Assembly: GCF_902713615.1 (NCBI RefSeq)
Contig: NC_052165.1
Coordinates: forward strand, 71,129,480 to 71,193,479
Source of the DNA: Scyliorhinus canicula
Taxonomy: Eukaryota
DNA: 64,000 nucleotides
Direction: 5' to 3'
Under the pieces are notes generated by a model. That model was not told the DNA's origin, ran no database searches, and saw nothing but the letters and a program-made list of their open reading frames with translations. Each line of letters starts with the position of its first letter. The stretch's first letter is position 1. Below, piece after piece: positions 24,720 to 35,513 of this stretch. The position numbers and the translations under genes were made by a program.

Positions 24720-24887
24720 AGCGGGATTCTCCGTCGGTGTGATTCTCCATTTTGCCGGCGCCCGGGGGTTTCCCGACGGCGTGGGGCTGCCCCACAATGG
24801 GAAACTCCATTGACCGGCCGGCGTAACGGAGAATTCCGCTGGTGAGTCGGGGCTGAAAGGTGGCGTGGCAGGGCGGAGAATCCAGCC
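24720..24887. mobile_element. Short Harbinger-type MITE
   Basis: gcgggattctccg / cggagaatccagc TIRs. Confidence 0.75.
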
Positions 24888-25704
24888 GAGGCTCTCTCCC
24901 CCAATAATGCAAATGTTTGCCCCCCCCCCCCCCCCCCCCGCCCTCCCCCCCCGCTGACAACGGGAGCACTACAAGCCCCGATCAAGGAGGGGCATCCTCC
25001 CTCCTACCAGGAGACTAAAGGATCACCTCCACACAACACACATGCATGAGGGTGACACAAACCCATACCACCCCTCAGCCTCCCTTCAGCTACCCCTCTT
25101 TCAGGCAACCCTTTCTGTCACCCCTCCCCCCAGGCCACCACTTTAGTCCGTGCATACTGGCATTGCCAACGGTGCACTTCCCTAGCACCATGGCACTGGC
25201 ACATTGGCAGTGACTCCTTAGCATATCATGATGAACCCCAGTGGGGTCAAGGGGGTCAGCCCATTGCTTATGTGTCCCTCTGCAGCTACCAGGCTGCAGT
25301 GGGAGATTCGCTCAACCATCCTGGGAGTTGGGTGGGCTGGGGCTGTGGGTAAGATGTTGACCCCAGGCGCCCCCCCCTGGATGGGGGTCCCTTGTCTGGA
25401 CTGTCCCTTCTAGCTCTGGGCAACCTGAAGACCACTCTTGGCATGGTGATCTAAGGCAAGGTCTTCATCCTTGTTTGGCCTGTTTAAACTCTGAAGTGGC
25501 CTTCTCACTCTGAATGCCCTGCCTGACAGCTGATGAGCAGACCAGACAGTTCAATGAAGAATCAAACCACATCTGCTCCCTCAGCACTATGCCTTTGAAA
25601 CTGCTGCTTTTTGAAGTGTCAGAGCCTTCCTAGAAAGCCCTGAACACTTGAAAAGGTTTAAAATTCCCTGAGATCCTTTGAAATGCTAAGCATTCGTTCA
25701 ATTC

Positions 25705-27458
25705 CACAGTGCGAAGTGGAAAATCTTTAAACAAAGGTTTCAACTGTACCTCGAATCTACAGATCTGGAAGCTGCTTCAGACGCCAGGAAGATTGCTCTC
25801 TTCCTCTCCACGGCCAGGGACCACGTCATCCATATCATCAACTCCCTCACATTCGCTGAAGGTGAGGACAAGTCCAAGTTCAAGACAGTCCTGCTCAAAT
25901 TCGACAGTCACTGTGACATTGAGGTAAGCGAACGTTTTGAGCGATACGTCGTTCAACAGCGGCCGGGAGGGTAAGGATAAACTTTTTCAATCTTTCCTCA
26001 CCCACCTTCGCATCCTCGCGCAGTCCTGCAATTACGGCTCCACCTCCGATTCGATGATCCGCGACCAGATCGTTTTCGGTGTGCACTCGGACCCCCTGCG
26101 CTAGCAGCTCCTCAAAGTTAAACAGCTCACCCTTGCTATAGCCATCGAGACCTGCGTTCTGCATGAACACGCCAGTAACCGATACTCAGCAGAGATGGCG
26201 CGGCAAGGCCCCCACGAGGCAGAGCAGGTGCAGGCCATAAAACAGCTCCAGAGCCTGGATGAGGGCGGCCATTTCGCACGCTTTTCACGGGCTCCCACGC
26301 ATGCACTCACTGACCGAGGGGACGGCGAGGCCGAAGAGCGAGCTGCGCAGGCGCGCACTACGTACGACCGCACCACGCATGCGTGGTGGCGCACCGAAAG
26401 TTCTGACGTCACGACGTGCAACAACTGTGGCTCTGCCCACTTAAAGCGGCAATGTCCCGCAAAATCCCGACGCTATCCAATGTGGCAAGCTTGGCCACTA
26501 TGCTGCCTTATGTAGGTCTGCTCAACCAACTACCTCTCGTCGCTCCTACCAGCCGCGCAGGGATGTCCGGACCGTCCAGCCACTGGTCACCGATTCCGAC
26601 TCTGACATGATGCCGGACCTTGACACCGAGGGTCCCAAAGCACCATTTTGGGTGGGCATCATCACCAAACACAAGGTGCTTCAGAAAACAAAAACCAAGT
26701 CCTTCCCAGTACTGAGCATTGATCCGGACGACGAGTGGTGTGCCACCCTCACGGTCAACCAGAATTCGTCGCCCACCACAGAGACTGAATTTATGAACTG
26801 CCTTAATTCATGGACTCTCTAAATTCATGAACTGATTATTTCATTACCCTGTTCATTAATTCACTAGTTTGTACATACTGTTATTCTAGTTCTGCTTACA
26901 TACTGTCTATCTGCACTAGACAGCTTCCCGTGTAAATATGTTAGGAATTCTGTATATAGTCCTGTAAATATGCTCACATATGCCCCACACAGTCAGGAAC
27001 ATTCACATACCACACTATTTATTGCCACATACACACTTTTTTTTTAAAAAGGGGAGATGTCATAATATACACACAAGTATATGATGGTGCATAGACACAC
27101 TGACTGACACACTGAAAGACCAATCAACACACAGAACACAACAGCCAATCACAGACAGGGCAGGGTCACTATAAAGCCAGAGTGCACTAGTTTTCCCACT
27201 GATTCGGGATGCAGCCTCTGAGACAGACCGAGCCTGCAGTCAGGAGCACAAACTTCTACCATGTGCTAGTAATATAGTCTGGTCAGGTTAACCATAGGTC
27301 TTCAGTCAACCTAACATAGTGTCGATCCACAGTGCAAGTATGTTTAACAGGTCATAGTTAAATAAAATAGAGTTGTACATCTACAAGTGTTGGTAGCCTG
27401 TCTCTTCTACTACTCTGGTAAACGCAGTCATCACAGACCCAGCATACCCAACACATCA
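25705..27458 (+). mobile_element. Internally deleted Gypsy element (gag, PPT, 3' LTR 27058-27458)
   Basis: WKIFKQRFQLYL..KIALFL, Zn knuckle CNNCGSAH..CPAK..CGKLGH, PPT aaaaaggggaga then tgtcat..catca LTR with TATAAA and AATAAA. Confidence 0.85.
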
Positions 27459-27476
27459 GTTAACAGAGTGTCCCTG

Positions 27477-27590
27477 GGTGGCATGGTGGCACAGTGGCTG
27501 GCACTGCTGCCTCAGAGCATCAGGGACCTGGGTACGATTCTGACCTCAGGTAACTGTCTGTGTGGAGTTTGCACGTTCTCCCTGTGTGTC
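27477..27590 (+). mobile_element. HE1/V-SINE 5' fragment
   Basis: ggtggcacagtggctggcactgctgcctca..tgtggagtttgcacgttctccc. Confidence 0.8.
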
Positions 27591-27877
27591 CAGATCCAGC
27601 ACAACCGGCGCCATATTTTCGCACGTGATTGGTGTGTGTGTGGGGGGTGCATAGTGTATGCGCGGCTGCAGCTTGTCAGCCCTGCGCGTATCCATCACGG
27701 ACCTGGCGATTCCCGCATCATTTTTTGTGTGTTCTGCGGGTATTCCACACGGCTCCGGTGCGAGCCCCTCACCAGTAGCAGAATCGGTGTGGGTGCAGTG
27801 GCCATTTTGCTGACGTGGAACGTCACGGATCTTCCGTTGGAGTCAGCATTTAGCCTCAGAAACAGAGAATCCAGCCC
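27590..27877. mobile_element. Harbinger-type MITE right-hand fragment
   Basis: Similar to 8190-8440 plus 9089-9115; ends gagaatccagccc. Confidence 0.7.
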
Positions 27878-28777
27878 ATATTTTTGTCTTCTGATCCGTT
27901 CCTCGTTGCCATTTTTCTTTTTGTAAACTGGTGTATCTTTAGACTAACAGTACAAAAGAAATAGATTGCCAAAGCTCGTGGATTTAATTCAAGATCAACA
28001 GAGGTTTATTAAATAGGTCTTCACTGTTCATGGTTAGGTACTAAACTAGCAAAAGCCGGGAAGGAGCCGATGGCTTCACACATGTCAGGTGACTTCACTC
28101 TTAAAGAGATATTGCACACAATGACAATAATACACATACCACCTCCCTGATTGCCCGACATATCTGCTGCATTGTTAGTTGACAGTGGGTCTCACCACAG
28201 AATAGTTTCCCATGTGCCTCCTGTGCACAACCGCAGCACTTTAAATTTTAATTCGAATTACATGGGAACAGGTAAAATGCAAGAGAGCAGAAATGGCTCA
28301 CGTTCTCAGTTCCACTGTCGGGAACAATGGGTCACGAATAGCATATCGCCCAAACTATTGCTGATTAATAAGAAGCACAAACCCTGCGTTATTTTCTTTC
28401 CTCTTTATTATGTGAATGGATAAAGGAATCAGGAATTGATTCCAATCATGAACAGTCAAATTTAACCTCTACTTGGATTCAGCCTCAGTGGTGGCCAAAA
28501 TAGTGATTTTAAAGATCTAAGGAATGACTTTAAAATAGGACGAGTGAATTATGCTTTCATCCCTAAGCTCTCTCTGCAACAATGGATTCTTTTCACACCC
28601 TCACCTTCTGCACTTTCCCGAGGATGTGGCCTTTGCTTCCCACTATTCCTTGTCTCCAAGTTTGGTGACTTCATCAGATTCCAGGTGTATCAGCCAGCTC
28701 TACTTCTCGACCTGCTCTGAGGAACCCTCCATGTCAGATTCCTTGTCCGACGTTCAGTTTTGGAATACAGTAGCTAT

Positions 28778-29320
28778 GTTTTCCTCCGGTTTCCTCCCAC
28801 AGTCCAAATTGGCCAGGATAAATTGCCCTTTATGTCCAAAAAGGTTAGGTTAGGTTATGGGGATAGGGTAGAGGTGTGGGCTTAAGTAGGGTGCTCTTTC
28901 CAAGGGCCGGTGCAGATTCGATGGGCCGAATGGCCTCCTTCTGCACTGTAAATTCTATGATTCTATACCTTCTAGGCCTTTTCCCTCCATCTATTTATAA
29001 ATTTCTACACCCTCGCAACCCACCAATTGGATGCCGCCAATTCAGCCATCTTATGCATGCCAATCTTCCTGCAACTGCAACTCAATGGTGCCCTTTGTTT
29101 CTTCAGCTCTCTGGGCCCTATGTCCTTGACTTTCCTCCCTGAACCCCTTGTCTCTCCGCTGCTGTCTCCTCCTTTAGAACTCTCCTTAAAATCCACCTCT
29201 TTGACCAAGATTTTGGTTACTTTATTCATTCTTCTTCTTTGACTTAGCAATATGTTTTTGTCTGACTTCTGTGAAGCAATGAGGCATGACTTTCTTAACT
29301 GTGCTATATGAATGTAAGCT
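28778..29320 (+). mobile_element. HE1 SINE 3' part followed by an old L2 3' tail
   Basis: ggtttcctcccacagtccaaa..gggccgaatggcctcc; then ctccttaaaatccacctctttgacc..gctatatgaatgtaag. Confidence 0.65.
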
Positions 29321-29672
29321 AACACCTTTGCCTTGCCTGCCTTCAAAAGGCTCCTTACAATATCCTCTTTTGACTGTGCTCTCTTTCCCTTTCTGACCTT
29401 TGTCGAATGAGTTTCATCTTCCTATGTTGATTGAGTTAACATTTTTACAATACTGGTGTTTAATCGTCAAATTCTGCACTTTTTGCGCAAAGAATAAGCC
29501 CAGCTTTAAACTAGGCTCATTGTAATTTGGAGTGTTACTAAGTAGTTTTTTTATTTTGTGTTCAATCTTGAGGGTTCTATACTCTCAGAAGAATATGTCC
29601 CCTTGTGACTTTTGAGGGGCAAGGTTTCACTCAGTCTTATTTACATAGCGGTGGCTTAGCAATGGTGTGCAC

Positions 29673-30757
29673 TGATTGAAGGGGCTGGGAGCGAAGTATT
29701 GGCTGGAGCAGGGGGAATTATTTAGATACATGCAGGTTCAAGACTTTGCTAGAAAGGAGATACAGAGCTTCCCAGTAGTGCCGGCTTCCACATTGCTGGA
29801 GGACGTGCTGATGACAGGGGGACTGGAGAAGGGGGTAGTATCGGCGGTTTACGGGGCTATTTTGGAAGAGGAGGAAGTGCCGCTGGAGAGATCAAGGCAA
29901 AGTGGGAGGAAGAGTTGGGAGAGGGTATGGAAGAGGGGTTCTGGTGTGAGGTGCTCCGGAGGGTGAATGCCTCCACTTCGTGTGCGAGGTTAGGGCTGAT
30001 ACAGCTGAAGGTGGTGTATAGAGCGCACCTTACAAGGGCAAGGATGAGCCGGCTCTTTAAGGGGGTAGAAGATGTGTGTGAACCTTGCGGGGAAGGGGAG
30101 GCCTGCAAACCACGTTCATATGTTTTGGTCCTGTCCAAAGCGGAAGGATTACTGGAAGGAGGTTTTTAGGGTAATCTCTAAAGTGATGCACGAGAAACTA
30201 GACCTGGGCCCTCGTGAGGCCATATTCGGGGTGTCGGACCAGTCGGGGTTGGAAATGGGCGTGGAGGCAGATGCTGTAGCCTTCACCTCGTTGATCGCCC
30301 GAAGGAAGATCCTGTCCGGGTGGAGATCAACCTCTCCACCCTGTGCCCTGACGTGGCGGGGGGACCTTCTGGAATTCTTGATGCTTGAAAAGGTCAAATG
30401 TGAACTGAGGGGAAGGATGGAGGGGTTCTACAATCCATGGGCGTTATTCATTATGCACCTTCGAAAATTAGATCACATCGGACATTAGGGGGGGGGGGGG
30501 GGTCGGGGGCTGGGAGGGTTGTGGGGAGGGGGACTGTACGTGTTAATGGCGACTATGGGTGATTCCTGATTCCCTTTTGTCATTTGTTTATGTTAACATG
30601 CGGGCTAATGTCCGGGGTTTGGTGGGAGGATGGGATTGTTGTTATTGATATGGGGATCGACATTATATTCGTTACTGATTATTGTTTATTGTTGGGTGTA
30701 AATTTGATAAAAAATTGAAAAGCGAGGAGAACAAAAAAATATATTTTTTTTAAAAAT
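29673..30757 (+). mobile_element. 5'-truncated L1 LINE
   Basis: RVNASTSCARLGLIQLKVVYRAHLT, ANHVHMFWSCP; poly-G 3' UTR and A-rich end. Confidence 0.9.
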
Positions 30758-30929
30758 CAAGGTATCATTGACAGCGATATGGGATGAAGCCCCTATCTTC
30801 CAGATTGTAACTCAGCTGCCCAGTGCAAGTCAGACATTGCAGTTGGCGAGATGACTTCTCATCTGATGTCATGCTGTTTTCAATTTTGACCTATTTTTGT
30901 GAGTACATGGTAAAGGACAACTGCTACCC

Positions 30930-31173
30930 TACCCCCTTAACCCAGTAATCCCGTCTAACCTTTTTTTTTGGACACTAAGGGGAATTTAGCAATACCAATC
31001 CACCTAACCTGCACATCTTTGGACTGTGGCAGGAAACCGGAGCACCCGGAGGAAACCCAGGCAGACACGGGGAGAACGTGCAGACTCCGCACATAGACCC
31101 AAGCGTGAATCAAACCTGGGGCCTTGGTGTGCTGTGAAGCAACAGTGCTAACCACTGTGCTACTGTGCCACCC
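30930..31173 (-). mobile_element. HE1/V-SINE
   Basis: tRNA head and V-domain on the minus strand. Confidence 0.88.
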
Positions 31174-31678
31174 AGTGGGGTCCTTCTTAATGTATGTAGA
31201 TGATATCATTCCTCCCCTACTGTAATTTTGAATAGATTATAAGCGAAGGAGCAGTGGGAAGTGACCCTCTCTCCAAAAGGAACATTGAGACTATTCCTGT
31301 CCAGGGCTACCCCCGCCCCACCTACATCAATTCCCTTCCATTGGGAACCTTTCAAAACGCCCTCCCTGTGACTTAGCTAACAGCCACCAGGCCTCCCATT
31401 GATGCCAGTCTCCTTTACCCGCTTTTCCCCTCCCACATGCCAGCTCACTGCTTCTGCCAACCTCTACAGGGTGGACAGATGACCAATGACTCTGAAGTTA
31501 TAATCACCTGTGTATCAACCTGCTGAGGTAATTCTGTATTCATCCCTTCCCCTTTCACCCAACCTTACTACTGGTTCAAATCAAAGCTACACATGAGCTG
31601 AGTCCCAATGGGTAGCAGGAGGAAGTTACTTACAGTTTAGAAGTCTGAAGCTATCTAGGTTACACTTTGAGACCAATT

Positions 31679-31920
31679 TAAAAAAAAAAATTTAAAGACC
31701 ACAATTCATTTTTTTTTCCAATAAAGGGGCAATTTAGTGTGGCCAATCGCTCAATCGGTGCCTCGCTCATCTTTGGGTTGCGGGGCTGAAACCCACACAC
31801 ACACACACACACAGGGAAAATATGCAAACTCCTCACAAATCGTGACCCAGGGCCAGGATTGAACCCGGGTCCTCGGCGCCATGAGGCAGCAATACTAACC
31901 ACTGGGCCACCGTGCTGCCC
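31679..31920 (-). mobile_element. HE1/V-SINE short form with 17-bp TSD
   Basis: TSD acactttgagaccaatt / acattttgagaccaatt. Confidence 0.9.
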
Positions 31921-32889
31921 ACATTTTGAGACCAATTATCAAATTTCATTTTTATCATTTTTCATGAAGTGTGGGAAAATTTGTTGTTCTTGCTACGATA
32001 ACTGCAACTTGTTCCTTCGTGTATTTTATGTAAACAATTTCATTGGTTGGTGCGAAGTTGTGCCTTGCCTTGATAGTGATTTTAAGGTTGCCTGTAGTAA
32101 ATAGAGCTGTTACATGTAACAGGAATTCTCAGGTATGATTCCCAGGTCATAATGTCATTTGACCAAATCTCAGGCAGTGGAGGGCATACTCTGGATCACA
32201 GGGTATGTGAGGTCCATTTAAGGGCGTGACTGTTGAATGTAAGCTTGAAACAATGTCAAACACAGAGCAAAACTTTAAAATCTGTTTCCTCTGTCTCCTT
32301 CCTCCTCAGAGCCCAGTTTTGACATTTGGCCTTGTTGAATACTCTGCAATGCCTTTTAAAATGTGAGGGGCACCATTGATTGTAAATTATTGTGAGGAAA
32401 TAAATGTTGTTGTCTTTGCAATATTGTAGCATTGTTGTTGTAAGCTCTTGCTTGTAATAATCATGCAGCAAAAGACTAGACCATGTATTTGGAAAAAGCT
32501 GTGAGAACTAAGACTGAATGTGCCTTCAGCAAAAGGTCTTTAGTTAATTTGCACTTTAACACCTTTGTTGAATTATATCTTCAGTGAGAATTAGCCACAT
32601 TTTCTTTTCTATCTCATCAGCAATGTTAACAAGCAATGACAACACTTTGCACGGAAGGCACTTCATTTCATAAAATTTGCAGGAGCATGTGACTTAATAA
32701 AGTTGTCACTCAAGCACTTTTTTCTATTTCGCTCTGAAGAAGTGAACGAGATATTGAATTAATGCTGCATATTGTCTGCTCATGATGAGGTCTCCCTGAG
32801 ATCTTTGTTCTGTCAGCTTTAATGCACTCTCCACAGAGCTGGTTGTTATCTGATTCTACCTGATTTTATGAAAAAAGATGAAATATTAA

Positions 32890-33510
32890 CAATGCTGTCA
32901 AACCTCCGGTGTGAAACAGAATCTAATTTGCCTCTTAAAATCTTTTTTATGAAATGTTGAAGGAGATCAACATTGTGATATTTGCAATATGCGCTCAATT
33001 TCACAGCTTTACTGTTCCAGTTGTCAGAGCAGGGCCAATGGAAAAAATATTGAGGCAAAAAGAGAATGCCCTTTTATTGATTGCGCTCGATGGGCTGTCC
33101 TCCCTTACTCTTTCGGCAAATACTGCTGGACTCCCTTCTATCCAAAATAAATCTCAAAATCTACAATAAGCTAAGATAACAAACACTTGACGAGCAAAGT
33201 AGCATGCTGTTTGTAAGCAATATATCTATATACTTACAGACGGGGCATCAGTCATAGTTATCTTGCACAAAACCAAAGTGTTTGGGGACAGAATGGTCAT
33301 AGACCCCTGAGTAATCGTCACAGCATACTCGAGTAAAGTCATACTTATTAGCATCAAACATCATGGTAACCAAGACCTCTTATGAATGTTAGATTATCCT
33401 CTGGTAAAACCAATTGTCAGCGCAATCTCTTGCCTCCAAGTCAGTCACATCTTGACTTTGAAACCTCCACTTCATCAACGTCCCCATTCCAGTTGGACTT
33501 AACTAGCTCC
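32890..33510 (+). pseudogene. BRINP: Decayed BRINP-family terminal coding exon
   Basis: Colinear remnants LxKP, ET(E/D), LK, RxI, IF..N.MR.N, KRM, AV....FG, IYLQ, VFGDRMVIDP, DLL*MLDYP..SA...LQ...I...LKPP, QLDL; many indels and stops. Confidence 0.62.
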
Positions 33511-34041
33511 AACCCTGACTACAACTGAGTAACAACCTGAAGATTATGGGTACCCTGGGTGCATCCTAAATTTAGCTCATCTGCTTTCTTGTGGCATTTC
33601 ATCCATTGAGGATCCCACTACCCTCCCCAAGGTGCTCATCTGCCTAAAGTTGCTGGCACTTGCTGACAGTGGCCTGGTTCCTTAACCACTGCTAATGTTG
33701 ACCTGTCATTATTGGCACTGTCTACTGTCATTGTGATGACAGGTTGCAGTCCCTGTCCTGATAACAACCTTCCTCGGTAAAATCTAATGAAAGTGTTGCA
33801 TTGTAGAACCTTTGAAGTATATGTTTTAAGATTCATCAATCAACTTACCAATCGAGGGGACTTCCGGTGGCGGCGATGACGTAGGAAGCCGCACATTTGG
33901 AAGCTCCCGATTCAAACGGACTTTTCGGCTCTTTTTAGAGCCCAAAACAGAATTTTTTCGATGTCTCCCGGTGGGAGAAGGTGTACTGATCAACTTTCTC
34001 CACATTTCATGACTTAAACTCGGAGTGGAAAGGGAGAAAAA

Positions 34042-34851
34042 ATGGCAGCAGCTCCCCAGAACAAACGGGGGAAGGATTCCAAGATGGCGGCCAGCGGAGC
34101 ACCAGAGGAGTGGAGTCTGTGGGCACAGGAGCAACAAGCTGCTCTCCTGCGCTGTTTTGCAGATTTTAAGGCTGAGGTGCTGAGCTCTCTGCAGGAAACG
34201 AATAAAAAGCTCTCGGAGATTCAGACGACCCAGGATGCTGCCATCCAGGCGTTGCAGGCACAGGCAGCTGAATGAGAGGAGGCCGTGGTCCTCGTGAGTA
34301 AGGTGGAGGGGCACGAGGCACTCCATAAGAAGTGGCAAGACCGCTTCGAGGAGCTTGATCACCGCATGAGGCGGAGGAATCTGAGGATCTTGGGCCTTGC
34401 GGAGGGGCTGGAGGGGTCGGATCTGACAACTTACGTGGCCACGATGCTGAACTCGCTGGTGGGGGCAGGATCTTTCCATCTGCCCCTGGAGCTGGAGGGA
34501 GCCCACAGAGTACTGGCCAGAAGGCCTAAGGAGAACGAACCCCCGCGTGCGGTGCTGGTGAGGTTCCACCGGTTCAGTGACCGGGAGTGTGTGCTGCGCT
34601 GGGCCAAGAGGGTGAAGAGCAGCAATTGGGAGAATGGGATAGTACGGATCTACCAGGACTGGAGTGCGGAGGTGGCTAAGCGGCGGTCCGGGTTTAATTG
34701 GATGAAGGAGGTGCTCTATAAGAAGAAAATAAAGTTTGGAATGTTGCAGCCTGCGCGCTTGTGGGTAACTTATTTGGAGCGGCATTATTATTTTGATTCC
34801 CTAGAGGAGGCGTGGGCCTTCGTGCGGACGGAGAAGCTGGACTCGAACTAG
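34042..34851 (+). pseudogene. L1 ORF1 (coiled coil, RRM, CTD) with one in-frame stop
   Basis: RRRNLRILGLAEG, AHR, PRAVLVRF, IYQD, PARL; TGA at 34273-34275. Confidence 0.9.
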
Positions 34852-35513
34852 GGGTTCGGAGTTGCGGGGTCGGTAGTAATGCTTTATTGCTGGTTTCTGC
34901 TGTTGCTGTGTTTTTTCTGTACTTTTGTAATTTTGATATGGTTATTTATTGGGGTGTTGTTCTGTTTTTTGTTGGGGGGCATTGTTTGAGTTTTGTATTT
35001 TGCGGGGGGGGGGTTTGGGGGTTTGTTGTATTCTGTATAGGGTTGGGGGTGTGGAGTGGGGCTGGTATTTGGGAGCTGCGTCAGAAGGGTGTGGTGGGGC
35101 AGTGCGAAAGTGCGGGCTTTCCTCTGGTTTCCCGCGTTGCGGGGCTGGGGGGCTGATGATGACGGGGGGAGGGGAAGGGGGGGTGCCTTAACTGGTTCCT
35201 TCCCGCGCTGGAGCGGTACCTTGAGGAGTGACAGGATGGGGGATGATCCCACTCTGGGAGGGTCGGATTTTTGGCGGGAGTTTCCGGGGTCAGCAGAAGT
35301 TAGCTGACCCACGGAAGTACAATGGAGGACGGTTCGCGGCTAGGAGGGTTCCTAGCCTGGGGGGGAGGGAGGGGGGAAAAGGGGAATACCGGGTTGCTGC
35401 TGGCAGGGTCAGGAAGGAGCTGGTGTGGGCCGGGGGGACAGAGATGAGGTGTTGTCGCCGTGGGGACTGGGTCGGGAAGGCGGTGCTGGCCTGGGGTGGG
35501 CAGTCGACGGGCT

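Noticed and set aside
32890-33510. Functional BRINP gene
   Set aside because: Stops, frameshifts and large deletions; only a pseudogene reading is supportable
33826-34785. 319-aa minus-strand ORF
   Set aside because: Antisense shadow of L1 ORF1 with no domain signal
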